Part shown: piece by piece, positions 21,609 through 31,598 of the stretch | Layout: each line of letters opens with the position of its first letter | Numbering within the stretch: position 1 is the stretch's first letter | Assembly: GCA_963793265.1 (NCBI GenBank) | Contig: CAWBZI010000001.1 | Span: forward strand, 160,001 to 224,000 | Source: an uncultured cyanobacterium | Lineage (GTDB): Bacteria > Cyanobacteriota > Cyanobacteriia > Phormidesmidales > Phormidesmidaceae | Direction: 5' to 3' | DNA length: 64,000 bases | Notes under the pieces: model-generated | The model's database searches: none | The model's input: the letters and a program-made list of their open reading frames with translations, nothing else | What the model was told of the DNA's origin: nothing | Translations under genes and position numbers: made by a program

Positions 21609-22727
21609 TTACAAATAGCGCTTTAGTACCTCTACCGTCGCGCGGCCTGTTTTTGCCCAGCTAAACTGCCTTGCGCGCTGTAGGCTGGCCTGGCTGAGCT
21701 GATGGCGCATTTGTGAGTCGGTGGCGATCGCCCCCATCGCCCCAGCAATCTCTTCAAAATTCATCGGATCGATCAAATAAGCTGCATCTCCTACCACTTC
21801 GGGCAAAGAAGCCACCGCCGAGACGATGACCGGGGTGCCGCAGGCCATTGCTTCTAGCACAGGAAAACCAAACCCTTCCCACAGGCTCGGAAAGACTAGG
21901 GCAATAGCACCGCTAAGTAAGGCGGGTAGCTGATCGTAGGGGACGTAGCTGAGGAATTTTATACGCGATCGCACCCCCAATTCCTCAGCTAGCTTTTCCA
22001 GCTCAGGCGTATAGCGAGCATCTGTCGGCCCGGCAATCAGCAAATCATAATCATCAGACCGTTTTTTAGCAGATAGTTTAGAAAGTGCGTGAATAGCCGC
22101 GCTCACATTTTTGTAAGGCGCTTGCCTGCCCAGCATCAAAAAATAAGGTTGGCTCACCTCAAAGCCGTCCGGCAAATCAGGCTTAGCTTCAACGGGCCTA
22201 AAGTTATCAGCGTCGTAAGCCAGCAGGATAGGCGATAGCTTACGAGCTGGAATGCCGTAAAAATCTATGACATCGCGCGCGGTCGCCTCGCTATTGCAGA
22301 TGATGTGATCGGCTTGAGCAAGTACCTGCGGAATGTAATAGCGGTAGTAGTATTTAATCGCGCCGAAGTCTTTTGGAAAGCGCAGAGGGATAAGGTCGTG
22401 AAAAGTGACCACTGACCGATAGCAACGGGCGGATCTTATGCCTGGTAGCGTGAGCGGAATTTCGGGGATGGGTGAGAAGAGTAGAGAGGATGAGTGTGAT
22501 CGCACAAACTTCTCAAGCTGAAATTGAGTCCACCATAACCGTCGCAGGTGTCCGGCAGTGCCTTCAGCCGCCGTCATATTATCGGGAACTGGGATGTAGA
22601 GAGGTAGGCCGCTCGCTGGCGTCGCGAGAAAATCAGGCGAAAGTTCTGCGAGATAAGGCAGCAGGTTTAAAGCGTAGCTAGTGGTGCCTGTAGGCCGGTT
22701 GAGTAGGTAGGTCAGATTGATCAGCAT
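21609..22727 (-). CDS. Glycosyltransferase family 4
   Basis: [29 protein letters not shown]. Confidence 0.93.
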   Translation of the reverse strand: MLINLTYLLNRPTGTTSYALNLLPYLAELSPDFLATPASGLPLYIPVPDNMTAAEGTAGHLRRLWWTQFQLEKFVRSHSSSLLFSPIPEIPLTLPGIRSARCYRSVVTFHDLIPLRFPKDFGAIKYYYRYYIPQVLAQADHIICNSEATARDVIDFYGIPARKLSPILLAYDADNFRPVEAKPDLPDGFEVSQPYFLMLGRQAPYKNVSAAIHALSKLSAKKRSDDYDLLIAGPTDARYTPELEKLAEELGVRSRIKFLSYVPYDQLPALLSGAIALVFPSLWEGFGFPVLEAMACGTPVIVSAVASLPEVVGDAAYLIDPMNFEEIAGAMGAIATDSQMRHQLSQASLQRARQFSWAKTGRATVEVLKRYL

Positions 22728-22731
22728 CGGC

Positions 22732-23763
22732 TCAAACAGCAGGGGGGCCAGCGGGTGGACGAGTGCGCGGAGCTTTGAGGAAGTGCCGTAGACCTAACCA
22801 TCGGCCTTTGGCAGCAGCCCGATCACTCATCCGTAGCCATAGCGACTGCATAAATAAATAGATCAGGTTCAAGCCCAAAGCAAAAACCGTCGCGTGGCGG
22901 CGCAAAAAGGTGAGCTTGCTAAAGGTGGCATGAACGTACTTGGGCTGAGTGTAGCGGCCTGTGATGCTAGAAACGGCGTGGACGACAAGCGGAACTGGGG
23001 CGATCGCAATCATTTCTCCTTTTTGAAAATAGCGCTCGCACAGGTCGCAGTCTTCGTAGTACAAAAAGTAAGTTTCATCAAACTGGGGGCAGTGGCCGAG
23101 CACGCCTAAGTTGAGCAGCATACTACAGCCGCTTACCCAGCGCGTCGGCCTCGGACGACCCAGCGGATCGCGGATCTCTCGGTGAGAAGAAATTGAGCCC
23201 GTCCAGCGATTAAACCGACCGCTGCCAAACCATAGCTTGCTGTCTTCGCCTAAGATCGGCGTGCCTAAAATAGCAATCTCTTGATAGTCAAAGCACTGGC
23301 GAACAATTGCGACCGCCTCGGGAAGCAGGCGAGCATCCGGGTTAATTAGCCATACAATCGCACGGGGCGATCGCGCATAAATCCACTGCAAGCCCAAATT
23401 ACAGCCCGACCCAAAGCCACCGTTCTCAGGCGCATCTAATACTGTTACCTGTCCGCCTGCGTAGGTGTGTCCATTCAGCCCATGCACCGCGCGATCGCTC
23501 GGTGAGTTATTCACAATCACAATCCCCTGGTTCTCTTCCAGGGTATGCATCAAATCACTGATGAGCGCCGCACTGTAGTAGTTCACGCTCAAAAAGTACA
23601 GAGGTGGTGGGCCTAGTGGCACTGGCGACTTTTGAGACAGCGCTTGAGGCTCACAGAGATCTGAAGACTCGTACTCAATCTCTATTTTGAAACCACTCTC
23701 ATCCGGCTGCGAGCCGTTTTGGTTCTTAGCTTCTGGTGAGGATGAATCTGTCTCAAACATCAT
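22732..23763 (-). CDS. Glycosyltransferase family 2 (WbbL-like rhamnosyltransferase)
   Basis: NGGFGSGCNLG, LINPD, WVSGCSMLL, FDETYFLYYEDCDLC. Confidence 0.9.
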   Translation of the reverse strand: MMFETDSSSPEAKNQNGSQPDESGFKIEIEYESSDLCEPQALSQKSPVPLGPPPLYFLSVNYYSAALISDLMHTLEENQGIVIVNNSPSDRAVHGLNGHTYAGGQVTVLDAPENGGFGSGCNLGLQWIYARSPRAIVWLINPDARLLPEAVAIVRQCFDYQEIAILGTPILGEDSKLWFGSGRFNRWTGSISSHREIRDPLGRPRPTRWVSGCSMLLNLGVLGHCPQFDETYFLYYEDCDLCERYFQKGEMIAIAPVPLVVHAVSSITGRYTQPKYVHATFSKLTFLRRHATVFALGLNLIYLFMQSLWLRMSDRAAAKGRWLGLRHFLKAPRTRPPAGPPAV

Positions 23764-24721
23764 GAGCCTGCCCCCGAAAGCGCTTCACCTGATCGGCGGT
23801 GGCTTTTAGCGCAGCGTATGTCAGGCTAAACCACTGGCGCGATCGCTGCTTTTGCAGCATCGGATGCTTTAAATACTTTTGCCATACGTGAGGCGGCGTA
23901 AACGTATAGCGATCGCGCTGCAAAACATCAGCCGGAAGCCGCTGCGGCTCAGCAATCTGATGATCGACCTGATACAGCAAAGACGGGCGCGCCCAGCCTC
24001 GATCGACTGAATCTTGCACGGTGGCCCGGCTAATTGCACCAGCGGTGACTGCCTTTAAAAGCGCACTGCACCATATGCTCGCTAACGGATTGACCGTCGA
24101 GAGCCAGGGCTGACGGGGCATGTCGGTGTAGTGCAAAAGGGCCGTCCGCATAGGGTCATAGCATTCGAGATCGTTCCAGCCTAAAGGCAAAGCGGCTATT
24201 TTTCTAGGCGCAGGACTCATTTCTAAGACGAATTGCTGATATGTCCAGGTTCCCCGCTGCAACGCATCAACTAACTGTGTTGGGTTCCACTGAAGCTGCG
24301 CGCAGTTGAGCAGCATGACACTGTATTGAGGCGATCGCACCGACCCTACCGGCTCTGGCACCGACAGCAAATCGGCCTGCTCAGCGTCTAAGCGATCATC
24401 TGTTTGCTTAAAGGGCTGCTGCCAAATCTCACTGATATCACGAAAAACCAGCATGTCTGAGTCAAGATAAATCGCCCTGCCCTGATATTGGCAAAGTTTT
24501 GGAATAGCAAACCGCTGAAAGGTAAAGGGCGTACGCGGCCTAAGCTGAGGATCAGTAGGTGTTGGAATCTCAATACCAGCGGCGGCTACCGCTTCATAAA
24601 GCGGCCTTATTTCTACGGCGTGCTGCGTGTGGCTCACAATCGAGTGCGTCAATACAGCCGTAGCCAAACTTTGCTCTATCTGCGTACCCAAATAAATTTT
24701 AATTGGCGGGGTAGAAGACAC
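23753..24721 (-). CDS. Glycosyltransferase (GT8-like)
   Basis: TPFTFQRF, GRAIYLDSDMLV, SVMLLNC, WNDLE, LLHYT; GTG start 5 bp after kdsC stop. Confidence 0.8.
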   Translation of the reverse strand: MSSTPPIKIYLGTQIEQSLATAVLTHSIVSHTQHAVEIRPLYEAVAAAGIEIPTPTDPQLRPRTPFTFQRFAIPKLCQYQGRAIYLDSDMLVFRDISEIWQQPFKQTDDRLDAEQADLLSVPEPVGSVRSPQYSVMLLNCAQLQWNPTQLVDALQRGTWTYQQFVLEMSPAPRKIAALPLGWNDLECYDPMRTALLHYTDMPRQPWLSTVNPLASIWCSALLKAVTAGAISRATVQDSVDRGWARPSLLYQVDHQIAEPQRLPADVLQRDRYTFTPPHVWQKYLKHPMLQKQRSRQWFSLTYAALKATADQVKRFRGQAHDV

Positions 24722-24726
24722 GGAAA

Positions 24727-25242
24727 TTAGCGTTGGGTCTGCTTTTGGGCGGTAATGATGCGATCGCACACTTCACGAACAGCCGCCTGCCCGCCGTCAC
24801 GCTGCGTAACATGCACCGCGCAGTCGATGTTTTCAGGCATCGCATCGGCAACCGTCATCGGCGTGCCCACGGCTTGCATCACAGGCAGATCGCTTAAGTC
24901 ATCTCCCATACTAGCCACCTGAGTGAGATTAATATTCAGGCGATCGCACAGTTCTTTTAGCGTCTTCAGCTTGTCTTTTACGTTAATAAATACGTGCTGA
25001 ACGTTTAGCCGCTGCGCCCGATGCAGCGTCGCTTCCGACGAATTAGCCGAAATAATCGCCACATCCACCCCCGAGTTAATCAGCCGCTTGATACCCAGAC
25101 CATCTTTGACGTTGAACTTTTTTAAGATCTCGCCCGATTCGGTATAGTACAGACCACCGTCCGTCAAAATACCGTCTACATCTAACACCAAAAGCCTGAC
25201 TGAGGCCAGCCGAGCTGTGAGGGCATCGTTAGAAAGAACCAT
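24727..25242 (-). CDS. kdsC: KdsC-family HAD phosphatase (3-deoxy-D-manno-octulosonate 8-phosphate phosphatase-like)
   Basis: LDVDGILTDG, FNVKDGLG, MGDDLSD, GGQAAVREVCD. Confidence 0.85.
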   Translation of the reverse strand: MVLSNDALTARLASVRLLVLDVDGILTDGGLYYTESGEILKKFNVKDGLGIKRLINSGVDVAIISANSSEATLHRAQRLNVQHVFINVKDKLKTLKELCDRLNINLTQVASMGDDLSDLPVMQAVGTPMTVADAMPENIDCAVHVTQRDGGQAAVREVCDRIITAQKQTQR

Positions 25243-25431
25243 TGAAAACTACCGCATTTTCCAAGCACTCTCTTCCTAGAGTATGCTTATTCGGGATCAA
25301 TCCAGCCAAGTCAGGCCAGATAGGGGGCAAAAGGAGGGACACTTGTCTTTAATGACACAGTTCGTAAAAATTGGATGGATACGATCGGTATGATTTCTAA
25401 GTTGCATTGTTAGTGTTCGGTCTTTTGCGCC

Positions 25432-26361
25432 ATGTCTCCTTCCAACTATGCTCTGACCCAATACACCGAAGCCCCAGCGATTAAAACGCTCGATTTATCA
25501 GCAGCAGGCACCGAAAAGCTGATTGCCTTTGGCGAAGGGCAGCGGCAAAAGTACCTCAACAGCGCGCCTTTTCCTCATCTTATTATTGATAACTTATTTG
25601 ATAACGCGTTGCTGACAGACGTGCTGCGCAATGTCGAGAACCTGGAGCATCCGATTGCTAAAAACTTCTACGGCTCTATTAAAAAGTTTGCTACGCCCGA
25701 TCCACAGGCACTGGGGCCAACGGCAAAGCGCTTTTTGCTTGATTTGTGTTCCTCTCGGTTTTGCCTATTTTTAGAAGCGCTTACAGGCATAGAAGGCATT
25801 ATTCCCGACCCACACTTTGAAGGCGGCGGCGTGCATGAGATGGCTCAGGGCGGCTTTTTGAAAATGCACTCAGACTTCAACTGGCATAAAAAGCTGCGGC
25901 TAGACCGACGGCTGAACATGCTGATATATCTCAACCCAGACTGGCAAGATAGCTGGGGCGGACACTTAGAGCTATGGGATAGCGAGATGAAAAATCAATT
26001 TATTAAAGTGCCGCCTGCTTTTAATAAAACGGTGATTTTCTCGACGACTGACTATTCCTTTCACGGCCTGCCGAATCCTTTGGAGTGCCCTGAGAATGTA
26101 AAGCGGCGATCGCTAGCCCTCTATTACTACAGCAACGGTCGCCCCAAAGGGGAAGTGAAATTTCACCAAAGCACAGGTACACAGTATAGAGAGCGGCCCA
26201 ATGAGATCTTTACACCACCGCATACCGTAGCGACAGGCGGTTTGTATAGGCGGTCTAGGCAAATGAATCTACAGCAGTCGGTGAAAAAAACATTGAAGAA
26301 ATCACTGCCTAAGTCGCTGATAGACCTTTATAAAGCCGGTAAGCGATCGCTCCGTGGCTAA
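25432..26361 (+). CDS. 2OG-Fe(II) oxygenase
   Basis: PFPHLIIDN, LKMHSDFN (HxD), WGGHLELW, FHG, RRSLALYYY. Confidence 0.9.
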   Translation: MSPSNYALTQYTEAPAIKTLDLSAAGTEKLIAFGEGQRQKYLNSAPFPHLIIDNLFDNALLTDVLRNVENLEHPIAKNFYGSIKKFATPDPQALGPTAKRFLLDLCSSRFCLFLEALTGIEGIIPDPHFEGGGVHEMAQGGFLKMHSDFNWHKKLRLDRRLNMLIYLNPDWQDSWGGHLELWDSEMKNQFIKVPPAFNKTVIFSTTDYSFHGLPNPLECPENVKRRSLALYYYSNGRPKGEVKFHQSTGTQYRERPNEIFTPPHTVATGGLYRRSRQMNLQQSVKKTLKKSLPKSLIDLYKAGKRSLRG

Positions 26362-26423
26362 CAGACCAAAGCTTTCTCAGAAAATCCTCTCATCAAACAT
26401 CTAGAAATCTCTTCAAAAGCCCT

Positions 26424-27236
26424 ATGAATCTGCTGACGCCCCTTAAAAACGTTTTTCGCTCAAAACCTCAGGCTTCTGACTGCTTCAACCAGCAGCTCAT
26501 TCAAGACTTTGACCCTACTCACTTCACCACTCGTCAGCCCTTCCCCTGGTACAACTTTCAATCTCTCTTAACTGACGAGACATTTCAAAGTCTCTATGAT
26601 GAGTTTCCATCGCTAGACTTCTTTGAGCAGCATGAGGGACTCTCTCGCAAGTACGGGCAGCGATCGCACGACCGCTACTATCTGGCATATGAGGAGACTA
26701 TTTATAAAAAAGAGGGAGACAAAAAAGAGGAAGGCGATTGCGAAAAAGGCGTCATTCGTCACGAACAGCTCTCGCCTAGCTGGCAAGCGTTTATGGACGG
26801 ACTGCTCAACGATCCTAGCTACCGACAGTTCATCTGCAATCTGCTCGGCGTCAAACACTTTACCGCTCGCTATGCCTGGCACGTAGCCACAGCAGGCCGC
26901 TCAGTCTCTCCCCACATAGACGCCCGCAACAAAATCGGCACCCATATTTTCTACTTCAACACCCAGGGCGACTGGCAGCAAGCGTGGGGCGGGTCAACCC
27001 TAGTATTAGGCGATAAAAATTACGAAGGGATGAATCCTGAGATCTCCGACTTTGGCACCGTAGAAGCGGTCGAAGTCATGGACAACCGCAGCTTCTTATT
27101 TAAAAACCAGCCGGAAGCCTGGCACGCGGTAGATACGATTAACTGTCCGCCTGACACCTATCGCCGTATCTTTAACGTTATTTTTGAAATTCCAAAAGGA
27201 GAAAAGCTCAAACGAAAGCTGTTTGCTGAAAAGTAG
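26424..27236 (+). CDS. 2OG-Fe(II) oxygenase (divergent)
   Basis: PFPW, SPHID (HxD), WGGST, WHAV, RRIFN. Confidence 0.8.
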   Translation: MNLLTPLKNVFRSKPQASDCFNQQLIQDFDPTHFTTRQPFPWYNFQSLLTDETFQSLYDEFPSLDFFEQHEGLSRKYGQRSHDRYYLAYEETIYKKEGDKKEEGDCEKGVIRHEQLSPSWQAFMDGLLNDPSYRQFICNLLGVKHFTARYAWHVATAGRSVSPHIDARNKIGTHIFYFNTQGDWQQAWGGSTLVLGDKNYEGMNPEISDFGTVEAVEVMDNRSFLFKNQPEAWHAVDTINCPPDTYRRIFNVIFEIPKGEKLKRKLFAEK

Positions 27237-27434
27237 CACCAGGAAAACAACGATAGACGCTCTCTGCCCAGGGAAGTAAATCGAGTGGCATAACCCCTGC
27301 TGTAGAGCTACTAGCAATGTCTACCTTTAGACCATTTAGCTAAAAAAATGGTTTCACTAAGCTGTGAACAGCAATAGGCAAGCCATGAATAGGGTTTACC
27401 TTTCGCTTAACTCACAAACTGGAACCGTTCTTCG

Positions 27435-27890
27435 ATGACATATACCACACTAGACAGTGTTAAACCCCCTCTCGATAAGTTCAACACATTTGACGCCGAC
27501 ACTAAGCTAGCTTTGCTATGGCGCGGCTATTTAGATCTCAAAGACAATCTTGAACCCAACCCAAGCAACGACGTTGAGGTTTTGGGTGGCGCTTTGGTCA
27601 ACCAAATCAAAGAGATGTCTGAAGAGGAGCAATTGCAGGCTCAAAGAGACGTTGTAAACAGCGCTGATACGGCTATTAGTAAAGAATATGGCGCGCTCAG
27701 CACGAGCGGCATGTTAGAGTTTTGGCTACTGCTAGCTCAAGGCATGGAAGCAGGCAGCGTCGTCAACGTACCTGACGACTACGAGCTACCCGAAGAAACG
27801 GGTGAGTTCGTTGATATGATTAAAGACTACGACTTTGAAGAGAAAGTGAACTTCACGCGCAATGCTGTAGCGCAGATGGGTTCTAAATAG
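27435..27890 (+). CDS. Helical carotenoid protein (orange carotenoid protein N-terminal domain only)
   Basis: LALLW, QIKEMSEEEQLQAQRD, ISKEYGALS, FWLLLAQGM. Confidence 0.9.
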   Translation: MTYTTLDSVKPPLDKFNTFDADTKLALLWRGYLDLKDNLEPNPSNDVEVLGGALVNQIKEMSEEEQLQAQRDVVNSADTAISKEYGALSTSGMLEFWLLLAQGMEAGSVVNVPDDYELPEETGEFVDMIKDYDFEEKVNFTRNAVAQMGSK

Positions 27891-27918
27891 ACTTGTACGC
27901 ATGAACCTGTGCGCTAAA

Positions 27919-27985
27919 AAGGCTCCCAATATATTGAGAGCCTTCTGTTTTCAATCATTGCCTGCCGATTATTCGACGGCAGGCA
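27919..27985. terminator. Two hairpins between convergent HCP and dps genes
   Basis: AAGGCTCCCAAT/ATTGAGAGCCTT (27919-27944) and TGCCTGCCG/CGGCAGGCA (27959-27985). Confidence 0.65.
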
Positions 27986-27996
27986 TTCGACGATCA

Positions 27997-28515
27997 TCAT
28001 CCAACCAGATGAGCTTCTAAGAACCAAAGGCGCTTATCGATAGTCCGAGAGATCTCAACATACAAATCATTTGTATCTTGATCGCCTAGCTCATCGGCTT
28101 TATCAATACTTGCACGCAGGTGCTTAGCATATGCAGCGTAGCGATCGGCTAACGCAGCGACATGCTCCATGCCACCGACAGCTTCAAAGTCATACTCAGG
28201 CAAAATTGACTCGCTCGCAGCAATTCGTACGGTGCCCATCGCCGTTCCTGCTAGCGCGGTGACACGCTCGGCTACCATATCGGCGTATTCCTCAAGCTCG
28301 CCTGCCATCTCATCGAATAGCAGATGAAGCTGATAGAAGTCTTTGCCCTTAACATTCCAGTGAGCCTGCTTGGTTTGAGTACGCAGGTCGGTTGTCGCTG
28401 CCAACGTGGTGTTGAGCATTTCGACGACTGGCTTGCGAGTGTCAAGCGGTAGATCTATCCGGGTGGGATAAAAGACGGGTTTGGAAGCTGTTGTTGAAAC
28501 CATAAGAGTCTCCAA
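27997..28515 (-). CDS. dps: DNA starvation/stationary phase protection protein Dps
   Basis: KQAHWNVKG..F..LHLLFDE, D.VAERV, DKRLWFLEAH. Confidence 0.95.
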   Translation of the reverse strand: METLMVSTTASKPVFYPTRIDLPLDTRKPVVEMLNTTLAATTDLRTQTKQAHWNVKGKDFYQLHLLFDEMAGELEEYADMVAERVTALAGTAMGTVRIAASESILPEYDFEAVGGMEHVAALADRYAAYAKHLRASIDKADELGDQDTNDLYVEISRTIDKRLWFLEAHLVG

Positions 28516-28766
28516 AAATTAAAGGGGTCTAAACGCTTTTAGAGCAGATAGCTGTAAAAGAGCGCCTCAGAGCAGCGGTAAACGCTAAGAATAGCGCAGG
28601 TGCTTTTTAGCTATTGTTCCATGATTTACGATTTCACAGATTGCTCAGGTGGTAAAACCCCTATCGAACTTCTATATTATACTCATAACGACTTCGCTTT
28701 AGCAATCTTTTACTAGCGGATATCCACCCCAAAAGGTTACTACTGAGGACTTGTATAATCTTTATT

Positions 28767-29681
28767 ATGAAAGTTTCCTGGGCTCAGCAAACAATTCCTA
28801 CTGACCTTCGGCCTTATGTTGCGTACCGGCAACAGGTTAAAGCTGATGAGCGATCGCACCTCCAAGCACGTCATCAATTGGGCATGGCGCAAGCACAGCG
28901 ACTCGCAGAGATCCTTAAAACGAAGTTTGGCGCTACTAGGGTCGTTTTATTTGGCTCTATGCTTTCAGCTAGTGACATTCATATGAGTTCAGACATTGAC
29001 CTGGCCGTATGGGGTTTACCAGTTGAGAAGTATCTGTCGGCGCTCGGCCATTTGCTGATGAGCGCTAAAGAATTTAGTGTGGATTTGGTACGTATTGAAG
29101 AAGCGCCATCTAGCCTTAAAGCTTATATATTGCGAGAAGGTCTGACGCTAGATGCAGCAGCGCCAACGGTTCATCCAAGCAATTCACTCACCATTAGTAG
29201 GTTGACTGTGGCAAGATATGCCGTCTTGATAGCCCGAATTAAGCGAGAGATAGCGGATATTGAAGCTCAATATGAGCAGACGCGATCACAAATAGAAGTC
29301 GCCCGCGAAACCGATCAAAACGCCTACTGGATGGCTGTAAGCCTGGGTCTGCATGGAATCTACAGCGGCCTGGAGAAAATCTTTGAGCAGATAGCGCGTA
29401 ATGTGGACAGCAGTCTTAATAAGCAGTCCGAACGATGGCATAAAGATCTGCTAGAGCAAATGGCGATCGCGCTGCCGAACATTCGCCCCGCCATCATCGA
29501 CGAACCAACCTTTCACGCGCTCGAAAAGTATCTATCATTTCGTCACGTCGTTCGCAGCAACTACGCCTACAGACTTGAACCTGAAAGAATAGACGATAAT
29601 TTCCAAACATTAGAAAACGCTTACGACTTGCTCATTCAGCAACTCCTCAACCACTGCAACTTTCTAGCCGCGATTGATTAA
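28767..29681 (+). CDS. Fused minimal nucleotidyltransferase (MNT) + HepT-like HEPN protein
   Basis: LFGS...SDIDLAV in the N-half; [29 protein letters not shown] in the C-half. Confidence 0.85.
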   Translation: MKVSWAQQTIPTDLRPYVAYRQQVKADERSHLQARHQLGMAQAQRLAEILKTKFGATRVVLFGSMLSASDIHMSSDIDLAVWGLPVEKYLSALGHLLMSAKEFSVDLVRIEEAPSSLKAYILREGLTLDAAAPTVHPSNSLTISRLTVARYAVLIARIKREIADIEAQYEQTRSQIEVARETDQNAYWMAVSLGLHGIYSGLEKIFEQIARNVDSSLNKQSERWHKDLLEQMAIALPNIRPAIIDEPTFHALEKYLSFRHVVRSNYAYRLEPERIDDNFQTLENAYDLLIQQLLNHCNFLAAID

Positions 29682-29803
29682 GCAATTACCCTAAATACGT
29701 CCGGGATGATAGCGATAGAGCTACAATGACCCCGTGTAAAACCTATCTATATATATACGCCATATACCTGCTTAATAGCGACCTCTACACCCACGAAGCC
29801 TTT

Positions 29804-31297
29804 ATGACTGCCGCTGCACCTGCAAAGACCACTGCTGCCTCCAAATACGAAGCCGTCATTGGGCTAGAAACCCACTGTCAGCTCAGCACAGAGACTAAAA
29901 TTTTCTCTACTAGCTCTGCGGCTTTCGGCGCTGATCCCAACATGCATGTCGATCCGGTGACGATGGGGCTGCCGGGCGTATTGCCTGTACTCAACGAAAA
30001 AGTTTTGGAGTACGCCGTCAAAGCAGGACTGGCGCTGAACTGTCAAATTGCGCCCTATAGCAAGTTCGACCGCAAGCAGTACTTCTATCCCGACTTGCCC
30101 AAGAACTATCAAATCTCTCAGTTTGACTTGCCAATTGCTGAGCATGGCTGGCTAGAAATTGAAATTCTCAAAGAAGGCAAACCCTTCCGTAAGCGCATCG
30201 GGGTCACTCGTCTGCACATGGAAGAAGATGCAGGCAAGCTGGTTCATGCTGGAAGTGACCTAGCAGGCGCAGCCTATTCGCTAGTGGACTACAACCGAGC
30301 GGGCGTGCCTTTAATTGAGATCGTTTCCGAGCCAGATATTCGCTCGGGCGAGGAAGCTGCTGCCTATGCCGAAGAAATTCGCCGGATTATTCGGTATCTG
30401 GGCGTGGGTGATGGCAACATGCAGGAGGGCTCGCTGCGCTGTGACGTGAATATTTCGGTGCGACCAGTGGGGCGTGAGGAATTTGGGACGAAGGTTGAGA
30501 TTAAGAATATGAATAGCTTTAGTGCGATCACTAAAGCTATTGATTACGAAATTGAGCGCCAGGTTGCCGCCGTTGAAGCGGGCGAGCCCATCTACCAGGA
30601 GACTCGCCTGTGGGAAGAAGGCCCCGGTCGCACCAAAAGTATGCGGATGAAAGAGGGCTCTAGCGACTATCGCTACTTTCCTGAGCCAGATTTGCCGCCG
30701 ATTGAAGTGTCGGTAGAGCAGCTTGACGCGTGGAAATCGGAGCTGCCTGAGCTACCAGCGGAAAAACGCAAGCGCTACGTTGATGATTTGGGCCTTTCGC
30801 CCTATGACACAGGCGTGATTGCAGACGATCGGGCGGTGGCCGAGTACTTTGAGCAGGCCATTTCTACCGGCGCTGACACTAAGCTTGTCGTCAACTGGAT
30901 TATGAGCGACATTGCTGGGTATCTTAATGCCGAAAAGCTGAGCATTACCGAGATTAAGCTAACGCCTGATGCTTTGGCTGAGATGGTGAAGCTGATTGAA
31001 GACGGCACTATTAGCAATAAAATCGGCAAAGATATTTTGCCAGAACTGCTAGAAAAAGGCGGATCTCCTAAGAAAATTGTGGAGAGTAAAGGACTCAGCC
31101 AGATTTCTGACCCGGCTAAGATCGAGGCTATGATTGACGAGGTATTAGCCGCCAACCCCGACGAGCTAGCTAAGTTCCGAGCGGGTAAAACGAAACTAAA
31201 AGGCTTCTTTGTCGGTCAGGTCATGAAGCAAACTGGCGGACGCGCCGATCCTAAGCTGACCAATCAGCTCCTTGGAAAGAAGCTAGCAGGCTCATAA
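29804..31297 (+). CDS. gatB: Asp-tRNA(Asn)/Glu-tRNA(Gln) amidotransferase subunit B
   Basis: [37 protein letters not shown]. Confidence 0.97.
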   Translation: MTAAAPAKTTAASKYEAVIGLETHCQLSTETKIFSTSSAAFGADPNMHVDPVTMGLPGVLPVLNEKVLEYAVKAGLALNCQIAPYSKFDRKQYFYPDLPKNYQISQFDLPIAEHGWLEIEILKEGKPFRKRIGVTRLHMEEDAGKLVHAGSDLAGAAYSLVDYNRAGVPLIEIVSEPDIRSGEEAAAYAEEIRRIIRYLGVGDGNMQEGSLRCDVNISVRPVGREEFGTKVEIKNMNSFSAITKAIDYEIERQVAAVEAGEPIYQETRLWEEGPGRTKSMRMKEGSSDYRYFPEPDLPPIEVSVEQLDAWKSELPELPAEKRKRYVDDLGLSPYDTGVIADDRAVAEYFEQAISTGADTKLVVNWIMSDIAGYLNAEKLSITEIKLTPDALAEMVKLIEDGTISNKIGKDILPELLEKGGSPKKIVESKGLSQISDPAKIEAMIDEVLAANPDELAKFRAGKTKLKGFFVGQVMKQTGGRADPKLTNQLLGKKLAGS

Positions 31298-31451
31298 CAG
31301 GCTATATCCAGCTCCTATAGCCTGTTTCATACGCTCCGCGTGGTAGACAGTTCGTGATTACGCTCACAAATTCTAGAATACGGACGTATAATTCTAAAAT
31401 AAGTACAAAGAGGGGTTTCGCCCCTCACCCCTCACGTGCCATAATGTGTAC

Positions 31452-31511
31452 ATGTAGATGCACCCTGATGGTAGGGAGAGTCACCAATTCGATTTGGGGC
31501 TCTCCTTTTTT
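31452..31511 (+). ncRNA. Candidate ~60-nt sRNA with NsiR1-like 5' core
   Basis: -10 CATAAT (31440-31445), then ATGTAGATGCACCCTGAT, then terminator GGAGAG...CTCTCC-TTTTTT. Confidence 0.55.
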
Positions 31512-31598
31512 CTTTTTAAAGGCAGCTACGTACGCTAAGTCATAATGCTTGCGCAGGTATTTTTTGAGTGCGAGATGCCATTGGCGTTTCAATAATTG

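Noticed and set aside
31354..31545. 63-aa ORF after gatB
   Set aside because: No SD or recognisable family, and it runs through a terminator hairpin; the sRNA reading fits better
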